A stretch of DNA of 32,000 bases from Pseudoalteromonas translucida KMM 520 (lineage in GTDB: Bacteria > Pseudomonadota > Gammaproteobacteria > Enterobacterales > Alteromonadaceae), in NCBI RefSeq assembly GCF_001465295.1, contig NZ_CP011034.1:1110001-1142000 (forward strand), in the 5' to 3' direction. Under the pieces are notes generated by a model, which ran no database searches, was not told the origin of the DNA, and was given only the letters and a program-made list of their open reading frames with translations. Positions 1 to 8,248 of this stretch are shown piece after piece (the first letter of the stretch is position 1; every line of letters begins with the position of its first letter). Both the position numbers and the translations under genes were made by a program.

Positions 1-1143
1 CTGTACTACACCATAGGTGAGTACGACGAAGAATTTGCTGAGCTGTTTAGAATATTAGCCGACTTTGACTACTACTTACCAAGTAGCGATAAATTACAGT
101 ACCAATTTATTACCAAAGTAACTGACTATTGCGAGCACGTTTTAAAATGCACCACTACCGAAGCAGCAATGGTGCGCTTGCTCAAATTTAGTTACCGCCA
201 AGCAGAGCATCATAATAAACTCTCTGCCCGTTTTGCCGATGTGTTAGAGCTAGTAGCCGAAGCAAGCTATTATGCCAAGCAAGATAAGCTAACGGTTATA
301 GACGCTCATCATATTGACGAAGCCATTGAAGGTAAACAGTATCGTACTGGGCAAATTAGCGAAAACATGCTCAGCGATATTAAAGAAGGGCACACCCTTA
401 TTGCCACGCAAGGCCAAGCCATAGGCAAAGTAAATGGTTTAACTGTACTGCATATTGGCGATACCTCATTTGGTACACCTGCGCGTATTACGGCAACGGT
501 TTATGCCGGTGCCGATGGCGTTTTAGATGTAGAGCGCGAAGCCGAGCTAGGTAAAGCAATTCACTCTAAAGGGGTAATGCTACTTACCGGCTATTTAGGC
601 AATAAATACGCGCAACATTTTAGCTTAACGCTCAGTGCAAATATTGCAATTGAACAAAGCTATGGCTACATAGATGGCGATAGCGCGTCACTTGCCGAGT
701 TATGTGCATTAATTTCGGCTATTACTAGTTTACCACTGAGTCAATCAATTGCGCTTACTGGCTCAATTAACCAACATGGCGATGTACAAGCTATTGGTGG
801 CGTAAATGAAAAAATAGAAGGCTTTTTTAAACTGTGTAAAATGCGCGGTTTAACTGGCGAAGAGGGCGTGATCATTCCTAAATCTAACCAAGTTAACTTA
901 GTGTTAGATGAGGAAATACTTAATGCAGTTGAACTTGGTAAATTTAATATTTACGCAGTAGAGACTGTAGATCAGGCACTTAACTTACTGATGGATTTAG
1001 AAGCTGGCGATTTAGTCAACGGGCACTACCCTGAAAACTCAGTAAACGGCCTAGCCTTAGCACGACTTAAAGATATTGCAGACATTGTAAACGGCGATAG
1101 CGAAGATGAAAAAGACGCAGAACCAGAAGAGGAAAAAAATTAA
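1..1143 (+). CDS. Lon-like (YcbZ/LonH-type) protease, C-terminal part; 5' end lies outside the window
   Basis: Frame 1 is open from base 1 (LYYTIGEYDEEF...) into the ORF-track Met at 169, so the gene is truncated by the window edge. Lon S16 proteolytic-domain motifs are present: GKVNGLTV, YIDGDSASLAE (Ser nucleophile context), GGVNEKIEGFF (Lys). It ends in an acidic tail. Confidence 0.8.
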   Translation: MYYTIGEYDEEFAELFRILADFDYYLPSSDKLQYQFITKVTDYCEHVLKCTTTEAAMVRLLKFSYRQAEHHNKLSARFADVLELVAEASYYAKQDKLTVIDAHHIDEAIEGKQYRTGQISENMLSDIKEGHTLIATQGQAIGKVNGLTVLHIGDTSFGTPARITATVYAGADGVLDVEREAELGKAIHSKGVMLLTGYLGNKYAQHFSLTLSANIAIEQSYGYIDGDSASLAELCALISAITSLPLSQSIALTGSINQHGDVQAIGGVNEKIEGFFKLCKMRGLTGEEGVIIPKSNQVNLVLDEEILNAVELGKFNIYAVETVDQALNLLMDLEAGDLVNGHYPENSVNGLALARLKDIADIVNGDSEDEKDAEPEEEKN

Positions 1144-1145
1144 CT

Positions 1146-1622
1146 ATGCTTAATATAATATTAGCGGTAATTATCGCCATATTTTGCTTTTTAATATTTA
1201 AAAACAGCAAAAAAGCCAAACAGCAAGTGGGTATTAACGCGCAAATAGAAGCTGATTTTTTGGCGGCTAATGCAAAAGTAGATGGCGTACAAGAGACCGC
1301 TTCAGGCTTGCAGTACAAAGTATTGCACCAAGGGCAAAGCGATGACAAGCCTAACCCCAAAAGCATGGTTAATGTGCACTACCACGGTACGTTAATAGAC
1401 GGCACAGTATTTGACAGCTCGGTAGAGCGTAAAGCCCCTATTAGCTTTGGTTTACATCAAGTTATTAAAGGGTGGACCGAAGGTCTGCAACTTATGAGCC
1501 CCGGCGATAAGTACCTACTTTATGTACCGCATCAATTGGCCTACGGTGAAAAGCGGGTGGGTAGCATTCCACCGGCATCGCTGCTTATATTTGAAGTTGA
1601 GTTATTGGCTATTGAGTCGTAA
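1146..1622 (+). CDS. FKBP-type peptidyl-prolyl cis-trans isomerase with N-terminal membrane anchor
   Basis: N-terminal hydrophobic helix (LNIILAVIIAIFCFLIF) followed by a canonical FKBP domain (VHYHGTLIDGTVFDSS, VIKGWTEGLQLM, YGEKRVGSIPPASLLIFEVELL). The ATG lies 2 nt after the upstream stop. Confidence 0.85.
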   Translation: MLNIILAVIIAIFCFLIFKNSKKAKQQVGINAQIEADFLAANAKVDGVQETASGLQYKVLHQGQSDDKPNPKSMVNVHYHGTLIDGTVFDSSVERKAPISFGLHQVIKGWTEGLQLMSPGDKYLLYVPHQLAYGEKRVGSIPPASLLIFEVELLAIES

Positions 1623-1647
1623 TTTTATTTAAAATAATAAATTACTT

Positions 1648-1683
1648 AAGCCCTACTTTTATAAAGTGGGGCTTTTTGCTTTT
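1648..1683 (+). terminator. Rho-independent terminator after the FKBP gene
   Basis: AAGCCCTACTTT-TATA-AAGTGGGGCTT stem-loop followed by TTTTGCTTTT. Confidence 0.6.
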
Positions 1684-1817
1684 AGCCAGCCTGTAAAGGT
1701 TACTCAAGAATTTTAATCTTAGGTCGATACCTATAATAGTGACAAAGCTATTTTAGGGATAAAATAAGGAAGATTTCACCAACACCCACTGTACACCATA
1801 CATACAGCCTTAATACT

Positions 1818-1846
1818 CAGCCTTTAACACAGCCTTTAACACAGCC
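1818..1846 (+). repeat. 12-bp tandem repeat CAGCCTTTAACA, about 2.4 copies
   Basis: Direct reading: cagcctttaaca cagcctttaaca cagcc. In frame 3 it encodes QPLT-QPLT-QP. Confidence 0.85.
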
Positions 1847-2012
1847 AGGTGAGCAACTTGCTGAAGGCGAGAAAGAAGAAGAGCCAAAATATGTTTTATC
1901 AAAGTTTTTAGACACTAAAGCACAAAAGTACAGTGAAGATAACGCAACGTTTGGCAATCAATATAAAAATCTAGAAAAAGAGTATAAGCACTTTTCAGGG
2001 TGGGTTATTGCA

Positions 2013-2294
2013 TTGCAAGAGCAAATTAACAAACTCAAACAAAGTCCAATACAACGCAGCTTAACCATAAATAGCACCGCAAATGAGCCAAATATAAGTG
2101 ATGCTAGTTTAGCCATTGATGTTGAGCATTTAGGGTCTAAAAAATATAAAAACTCACAACAACAAGAGCAAATAGATATACTAGAGCTGCAATTAGGGGA
2201 GTTAAAAACAGAGCAAACAGCAATAAAACAACAAATGATTGAGCTGGTTATAAGCGAAATGAAAAGACGAGGCGATCACGACTATAATGTTTAG
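2013..2294 (+). CDS. Hypothetical coiled-coil protein; start uncertain, possibly a start-less pseudogene
   Basis: The ORF track begins at a TTG, and the same frame is open back to 1743 with no ATG/GTG/TTG. The protein is Q/E/K-rich and heptad-like with no recognisable family. A weak hairpin (2296-2326) follows the stop. Confidence 0.3.
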   Translation: MQEQINKLKQSPIQRSLTINSTANEPNISDASLAIDVEHLGSKKYKNSQQQEQIDILELQLGELKTEQTAIKQQMIELVISEMKRRGDHDYNV

Positions 2295-2435
2295 CGTTAA
2301 GGCACATTGGTGAATTAGCCCTTAACTTAATATTACTTACTTCCTGTTTAAATTTACCGTATTTTTAAAGTATAGCTTTGTTGAGTACGCTTTAAAAAAT
2401 ACACCCAAATAATGGCCAGTGGAATTTACTAAATT

Positions 2436-3224
2436 ATGTTCGAAGATGAATTACTTTATGGATACAGCAGTGTATTAATTGCAGTTACATTGTTTATAGC
2501 GATCGTTATTTTTAACGAAATAGGCTTTAGAGCAGGGCGCTTTATTCAAGGCAGAACCGACAGTGAAGTTAAGACGCTAACGGGTTCTATTCAGGGCAGT
2601 ATATTAGGTTTGTTAGCATTACTACTGGGTTTTACATTTAGCATGTCGATGCAACGGTATGATAACCGCAGCATGGCGTTAATAGATGAAGCAAACACGA
2701 TAGGCACAGCCATATTACGGGTTGAATTACTGCCACAAGAATACAAAAAACAAGCAAATGAATTATTTAAAGAGTATGTAGACTTACGAGTTGCTATAGG
2801 GCAATTAGATTTAACTAAACACGCGCAGCGTAACGACTACAATAATAAAATAGCCAACTTACAGCGTCAGTTATGGTCATTGGCTATCGCAGCCACAAAT
2901 GTTGATCCAAGGCCAGTCACCACAGGAGCGTTTGTAAAATCGCTTAATGATGTAATAGACAGCCAAGGAAAGCGAAATGCTTTATTACAAATGCATGTAC
3001 CTGAGGTGGTATTAATACTGCTCTTTATTGTGTTTATTTCGTCTGGCGGCATTATGGGTTATTCCGCAGGACTAAGTGGTAAGCGAATGATTGTGCCCAT
3101 TGTATTGGTTTCATTATTAATTACTTTAATTGTGTTTATTATTATTGATTTAGATCGGCCAAAACGCGGACTTATACAAGTAGATCAAACGGTAATGATT
3201 GAGGTTTCAGAAAGTATTAAATAG
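2436..3224 (+). CDS. DUF4239-like integral membrane protein
   Basis: Hydrophobic helices sit at the N- and C-termini around a helical middle. The GSILGLLALLLGFTFSMSMQRYDNR motif resembles DUF4239 family members as I recall them. The family assignment is from memory only. Confidence 0.55.
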   Translation: MFEDELLYGYSSVLIAVTLFIAIVIFNEIGFRAGRFIQGRTDSEVKTLTGSIQGSILGLLALLLGFTFSMSMQRYDNRSMALIDEANTIGTAILRVELLPQEYKKQANELFKEYVDLRVAIGQLDLTKHAQRNDYNNKIANLQRQLWSLAIAATNVDPRPVTTGAFVKSLNDVIDSQGKRNALLQMHVPEVVLILLFIVFISSGGIMGYSAGLSGKRMIVPIVLVSLLITLIVFIIIDLDRPKRGLIQVDQTVMIEVSESIK

Positions 3225-3280
3225 TATTAAAGAAGGGGTTTAATCTAAGCGCGTAAATAACAGTTATATTGTTTGCTGCT

Positions 3281-3312
3281 TTGGCGAACTAAATAATTAT
3301 TTAGTTCGCCAA
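3281..3312. repeat. Perfect 32-bp palindrome between convergent genes
   Basis: TTGGCGAACTAAATAA|TTATTTAGTTCGCCAA; the second half is the exact reverse complement of the first. No flanking T-tract on either strand. Confidence 0.9.
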
Positions 3313-3336
3313 TAAAAATGTTCGCGTAGTTTTAAA

Positions 3337-3933
3337 TTACAGTAACGCTTTAACCTCAGGATCTGCAAACGCTAATTCAAAGCGCTCTTTATAAAGCATT
3401 TGTAAGTCGTTGGTATGCATACTTGGAATGTCTTGCTCGCCAGTAAAGTTTTTATTTATAAGCGTAGCACCAGTGCGATCTTTAATTATTAGATCAAAGT
3501 TATACCATGAATTATCGGTAAAAGCGTGGTGATCATACTTCCATTCGTTAAGTACAATTATAATAGTCGCAGTATCGCTATCTGCTTTAATGTCATTAAT
3601 ATCGACCTGTGGTGTGGTAGCTATTAGCTTAGCGTTAATACCAGAGCGAATAAAACCAGCAGCAAGGCGTTTACCTAAATGTTGTGGCATAGTTTCGCCA
3701 GTAATGATGTTTTGTGTATAAGGTATACCAAAACCAGAGCGACTTAATCCTTCAAAACCAGAGAGTTTGTCACCATTTACAACATATGGGCGATGATCTA
3801 CCACTGCAATTTGTATTTCATCAACTTGGGGCTTATTTAATGTAGGAGCTGCTTGTTCTGCAGTCATAATGGCCGTACAGCCGGTAGTTAAAAGTAGGGT
3901 AACAGCGATAAAGATTGAAGCTATTTTGTTCAC
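3337..3933 (-). CDS. Putative lipoprotein
   Basis: Signal peptide with lipobox (MNKIASIFIAVTLLLTTGC). No family recognised. Confidence 0.7.
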   Translation of the reverse strand: MNKIASIFIAVTLLLTTGCTAIMTAEQAAPTLNKPQVDEIQIAVVDHRPYVVNGDKLSGFEGLSRSGFGIPYTQNIITGETMPQHLGKRLAAGFIRSGINAKLIATTPQVDINDIKADSDTATIIIVLNEWKYDHHAFTDNSWYNFDLIIKDRTGATLINKNFTGEQDIPSMHTNDLQMLYKERFELAFADPEVKALL

Positions 3934-4271
3934 ATTATATTCCTTTTATGTGTATTTATGATTAAATAAAACCAAATTACAGACCATTAGGTAATGCCAT
4001 GAAAGTAATAGATTTTATTGGGCAGGATAATATTAACAAAAGCTGAATAAATCAAGATGGTATTAACTTTTATTTTTTTAATGGGCTTAAAGTACTGCTT
4101 TTAGCTAGAGTAGGTATTTAAGATATTAAAATGTGAGTGAAATATATTACCAATTATTAAGCTTTTACAATGGCTGTATTTACACCTCGTTACAGTAATT
4201 TGTCGCACAAAGCTGCAAACTGTCTTTTTATTGTTATTATGAAATGAAATAACATTGTAAGGACGATAACC

Positions 4272-7200
4272 TTGAAACTACGCACTTTATTAACAGCAAT
4301 AGCAATTGCAGTTGCACCGGCAATATCGCCGATGGTTGCGGCTTATCAAACACAAGATACCCGCTTATTACGCTTTCCCGATATTCATAAAGAATCAGTC
4401 ACCTTTGTATATGCGGGCGATATTTATATAGCAAACATTAAAACAGGTAAAAGCACGCGCTTAACTGATCATATTGGCTTTGAAACCTTTCCTAAATTTT
4501 CGCCAGATGGCAGCCAAATCGCTTTTTCAGCCCAATATAATGGCAGCCGCCAAGTGTATGTAATGAACCGCGATGGCTCTGACTTAAAGCAACTGACCTA
4601 TTATAACGACGTAGGTGTAATGCCGCCGCGCGGTGGCTTTGATTATCGCGTACTTGATTGGACCCCAGACGGTAAGCATATTGTGTTTAGAGCTAACCGC
4701 ACCCCTTATAGTCAGCGTGTTGGCCGACCTTATATAGTGCCTGCTGCTGGTGGCCTAGAGCAACCATTAGCCATACCAGAAACTGGCGGTGGCATGTTGT
4801 CGCCCGATGGCAAACAGTATGTGTATACACCCATTGATCGCGAATTTCGTACTTGGAAACGCACCCGTGGCGGGCGCGCACAAGATGTGTGGGTTTACGA
4901 TTTAGAAAATAACAAATCAAAGCAATTAACAACCGACAGAGCAACCGACCAACAACCTACTTGGGTTAACAATAATATTTACTACGTGTCGGACAGAGAA
5001 TACACGCTAAATTTATACAAACATCAAGATGGCAAAAAACCGATAAAAGTAACGAACCACAGCGACTTTGATGTGCTTTGGCCCTCGGCTGGGCCCAGCG
5101 CCATAGTGTACGAAAATGGTGGCTATTTGTATCGCTTTGATGATGCTACGCAGCAATCTGAAAAGCTGAGTATAAATGTTCAAGGTAACCGTGAACATAC
5201 AATGGCCTACAGTAAAAATGTTAGTGACTTTATTGATTCAATGGACGTATCGCACGATGGAAAAAGAGTACTATTTACAGCCCGCGGCGAGCTGTTTTCT
5301 GTACCGGTTAAAAATGGCCCAACCCGAAACTTAAGCCATACGCCAAAAGGGCGTGAAATATCGGCTACATGGTCGCCCAATGGGCGCTATATTGCTTACA
5401 TGAGTGATGAAACGGGCGAGTACGAAATTTACCTAAAAGACAGAGCTAACAACAACCAAGTTAAGCAACTGACCAGTAATGGCAGTATTTGGCGTTTTGA
5501 GCCAGTTTGGTCACCAGATAATAAAAAGTTATTGTTTAGCGATCAAAATCATACCCTGTGGTGGCTCGATATTAACACCGGTAAGCAGCGTAAAATAGAT
5601 ACCGCAAAATATAATGAAGATGGTTTAACTAGCTATATTTGGTCGCCTAATAGCGAAGATATAGTGTTTGTTAAAAATAATGAAAACCGCTACGCCTCAT
5701 TATGGCATTACAATTTAAAAGACAAACGCGTTACTCGCTTAACAGACGACATGAGCAGTGAAACAAACCCAGCGTTTTCTCCCGACGGGCAGCAATTGTA
5801 TTTCACATCAGAGCGCGACTTTAATTTAACTTTTAGTAGCTACGAGTTTGACTACATGTTTAACAATGCAACCCGACTGTATTCGGTTGCAGTAAACAGT
5901 AAAATAAAACCACTTAATACACCGCTGAGTGACGAAATAAGCATTGTTGACTCAAAAGCAGATAAAGACGATGAAAAGTCAGCTAAAACACCCAGCAACT
6001 ATATAGAAAGTAACGGCTTTATGAACCGCGTTGTGGCGCTAAATGTACCGGCAGGAAATTACGGCGCACTAAGTGGCGTAAAAGACGGCGTATTAACACT
6101 CTCGGCAGGTGAGCTTAAGTTAGTGCCTAATGCCGTTGATGGTGAAGTCGCCACAATAGCAGCAGGAGTGAGTAATTATAAAGTGTCGGCTAATGCTGAG
6201 CATATTATTGCTCGTGCAGGAAAAAACATTAGCGTAATAAAGCCAGAAGCTAAACAAGACTTAAAAGCTACGCAACTTAACTTGCAAGACATGGTATTAA
6301 AAATTGACCCGCAAATCGAGTGGGCACAAATGTATCGTGAAGGCTGGCGCACCCTGCGTGACTGGTTTTATGACGAGAACCATCATGGCCAAGATTGGGA
6401 TGCTATTTTAGCGCGTTACCAACCTATGGCCGACGCTATTGCACATCGAGCCGACCTAGATTATGTACTAAGTGAAATAGCAGGCGAAATAAACTCAGGG
6501 CATATTTATGTTAACTCGGGCGATATGCCAATATCTCCTCGTTTACAGCATGGCTTATTGGGCGCTGAAATTAGCGCGCATAAATCAGGCTTTGTAAAAA
6601 TAGAGACTATTTTTAAAGGTGAAAACTGGCACGAGAACTTTCGCTCACCGCTAAACGAAACCGGCATTAACGCCAATGTAGGCGATTACATAATTGCAGT
6701 AAATGGCCGCTCAGTAAAAAGCGTAGTCAACTTTTACGAACTACTAGAAAACACCCAAGGTAAATCGGTTGAATTACTACTAAGTAAATCACCAAGCCTA
6801 AAAAACAGCTGGAAAGTAATGGTAACGCCTATTGCCAGCGAAACCGGATTGCGTTACTTACAGTGGGCACAATCGCGCGCTGAGTATGTTAATAAGCTTT
6901 CAGACGGGCGTATTGGCTACGTGCATTTACCTAACACCCATTACGAAGGTAACCGTTCGTTATTTAAAAACTTTTTACCGCAAACCAATAAAGAAGCGAT
7001 GATCATAGACGATCGTTACAATGGCGGCGGTTTTATACCTGAGCATATGATCACTTGGTTAGCACGTAAACCGCTAAATTACTGGAAACGCCGTGGTGTA
7101 GAGCCAACTAAAACCCCGCAGTTTGCACACGATGGCCCTAAAGCTATGCTGATCAACGGCTACTCTAGTTCAGGCGGCGACGCACTACCGTATTACTTTC

Positions 7201-7514
7201 GCCAAGCAGGTTTAGGCAAATTAATTGGTACGCGTACTTGGGGTGGTTTAATTGGTATTTCGGGCAACCCTGGGCTTGTAGATGGCGGCTCAGTTATTGC
7301 CGCTACTTTTAGAATTTTAGATAACGAAGGCAACTGGATCATTGAAAATGAAGGCGTAAGCCCAGACATAGAAGTGATTGATCGCCCAGAGCTTATTCAA
7401 GCCGGACAAGATCCGTCGATTGAACGCGCTGTAAAAGAGTTATTAAAAGAGCTTAAAGCAAATCCGAAAAAACCATTGGTAGTGCCAGCAGCACCGAGTG
7501 AGTTTGGTCGCTAA
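4272..7514 (+). CDS. Tricorn-protease-like S41 family peptidase (beta-propeller + PDZ + S41 domain), secreted
   Basis: 1080 aa. It has an N-terminal signal peptide and repeated TolB/WD40-like 'SPDG' blades (FSPDGSQIAF, WTPDGKHIVF, LSPDGKQYVY, WSPNGRYIAY, WSPDNKKLLF, FSPDGQQLYF). The C-terminal S41 region contains DDRYNGGG and GYSSSGGD. TTG start with AAGGA 8 nt upstream. Confidence 0.85.
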   Translation: MKLRTLLTAIAIAVAPAISPMVAAYQTQDTRLLRFPDIHKESVTFVYAGDIYIANIKTGKSTRLTDHIGFETFPKFSPDGSQIAFSAQYNGSRQVYVMNRDGSDLKQLTYYNDVGVMPPRGGFDYRVLDWTPDGKHIVFRANRTPYSQRVGRPYIVPAAGGLEQPLAIPETGGGMLSPDGKQYVYTPIDREFRTWKRTRGGRAQDVWVYDLENNKSKQLTTDRATDQQPTWVNNNIYYVSDREYTLNLYKHQDGKKPIKVTNHSDFDVLWPSAGPSAIVYENGGYLYRFDDATQQSEKLSINVQGNREHTMAYSKNVSDFIDSMDVSHDGKRVLFTARGELFSVPVKNGPTRNLSHTPKGREISATWSPNGRYIAYMSDETGEYEIYLKDRANNNQVKQLTSNGSIWRFEPVWSPDNKKLLFSDQNHTLWWLDINTGKQRKIDTAKYNEDGLTSYIWSPNSEDIVFVKNNENRYASLWHYNLKDKRVTRLTDDMSSETNPAFSPDGQQLYFTSERDFNLTFSSYEFDYMFNNATRLYSVAVNSKIKPLNTPLSDEISIVDSKADKDDEKSAKTPSNYIESNGFMNRVVALNVPAGNYGALSGVKDGVLTLSAGELKLVPNAVDGEVATIAAGVSNYKVSANAEHIIARAGKNISVIKPEAKQDLKATQLNLQDMVLKIDPQIEWAQMYREGWRTLRDWFYDENHHGQDWDAILARYQPMADAIAHRADLDYVLSEIAGEINSGHIYVNSGDMPISPRLQHGLLGAEISAHKSGFVKIETIFKGENWHENFRSPLNETGINANVGDYIIAVNGRSVKSVVNFYELLENTQGKSVELLLSKSPSLKNSWKVMVTPIASETGLRYLQWAQSRAEYVNKLSDGRIGYVHLPNTHYEGNRSLFKNFLPQTNKEAMIIDDRYNGGGFIPEHMITWLARKPLNYWKRRGVEPTKTPQFAHDGPKAMLINGYSSSGGDALPYYFRQAGLGKLIGTRTWGGLIGISGNPGLVDGGSVIAATFRILDNEGNWIIENEGVSPDIEVIDRPELIQAGQDPSIERAVKELLKELKANPKKPLVVPAAPSEFGR

Positions 7515-7544
7515 TAGCAATAAATTAAGCTGCTAGGTTACTCA

Positions 7545-7584
7545 ACTTGTTAGCTACTTTGCGTGTGCTTGGTAGCTAACAAGT
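7545..7584 (+). terminator. Stem-loop terminator after the tricorn-like gene
   Basis: Perfect 13-bp arms ACTTGTTAGCTAC / GTAGCTAACAAGT with a 14-nt loop, followed by TTTATT. Confidence 0.55.
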
Positions 7585-7640
7585 TTATTAGAGTATTATT
7601 AAAAGCGTGATACCGCGCTTTAGTTATAAGAGAGCTTATA

Positions 7641-7952
7641 GTGAAAAAATTATTACAGGTAGACTTTGATTTTGCAGGCCCGTTTGGGGAGCAAATGTCT
7701 GCAGCATTAAAAGATTTAGCCGAATCAATTAACCATGAACCCGGTGTTATTTGGAAAATTTGGACCGAAAACCAACAAGGTCAACTTGCTGGTGGTATTT
7801 ACCTATTTGAAGATGAAGCATCAGCTAATATGTATTTAACTATGCACACAGCACGCTTAAAGGCTATGGGGGTTGCCCAAGTTCGTGGCCAATTATTCGA
7901 TGTAAATCTGCCATTATCAGCGATTAATAACGCACCGCTTACTGTTAAATAG
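7641..7952 (+). CDS. ydhR: YdhR-like putative monooxygenase (dimeric alpha-beta barrel)
   Basis: Collinear similarity to E. coli YdhR as recalled (LLQ..F.F.GPFG, LAESIN.EPG..WK.WTE, AGGIYLF.DE.SA..YL..HTARLK). GTG start. Confidence 0.8.
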   Translation: MKKLLQVDFDFAGPFGEQMSAALKDLAESINHEPGVIWKIWTENQQGQLAGGIYLFEDEASANMYLTMHTARLKAMGVAQVRGQLFDVNLPLSAINNAPLTVK

Positions 7953-8138
7953 ATAAGGTTTTTGTTGGGCTGCTGTTTACGTTACCTTCGTTACATTAGC
8001 GCGGCCAAAAGTCGGGTTAAAAAGTATAATATCCATGTTGTAGCAAGCAACGAGTATTAGAATGTTTTGGCCGTTACGGAGTTGTTTTACCTAGGGATTA
8101 TTGGGCTTTCTAAAGGTCTGTTGGGATCCAAACAGATA

Positions 8139-8180
8139 AGCCACCTTTAATATCAACCACGGTAGTTATTAAAGGTGGCT
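8139..8180 (-). terminator. Hairpin downstream of the HNH gene; possible terminator of the ATPase-HNH cassette
   Basis: 13-bp perfect arms AGCCACCTTTAAT / ATTAAAGGTGGCT with a 16-nt loop. On the minus strand it is followed by a moderately T-rich stretch (TCTGTTTGG). It lies about 70 nt past the HNH stop. Confidence 0.35.
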
Positions 8181-8248
8181 GAATCAAGTAGTGGATGTTG
8201 AAACAGAGAAAGAAACGGTTAAGAGTTAATACCGGTAGCGATGTATTA

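Noticed and set aside
1-1143. Whether the Lon-like protease is BrxL, which would mark a BREX system at the window edge
   Set aside because: The sequence pattern matches housekeeping YcbZ/LonH-type Lon-like proteases, and it is followed by an FKBP isomerase rather than by defence genes. Upstream sequence is unavailable, so this is not fully excluded.
1067-1366. 99-aa minus-strand ORF overlapping the Lon-like and FKBP genes
   Set aside because: It is antisense to two genes with clear domain signatures, so it is spurious.
7953-8248. Possibility that the spacer next to the ATPase-HNH pair encodes a retron msr/msd ncRNA, as in retron-Septu systems
   Set aside because: There is no reverse-transcriptase gene anywhere in the window. 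The inverted repeats do not show the long a1/a2 flanking-repeat arrangement with a conserved branching G context that I could recognise.
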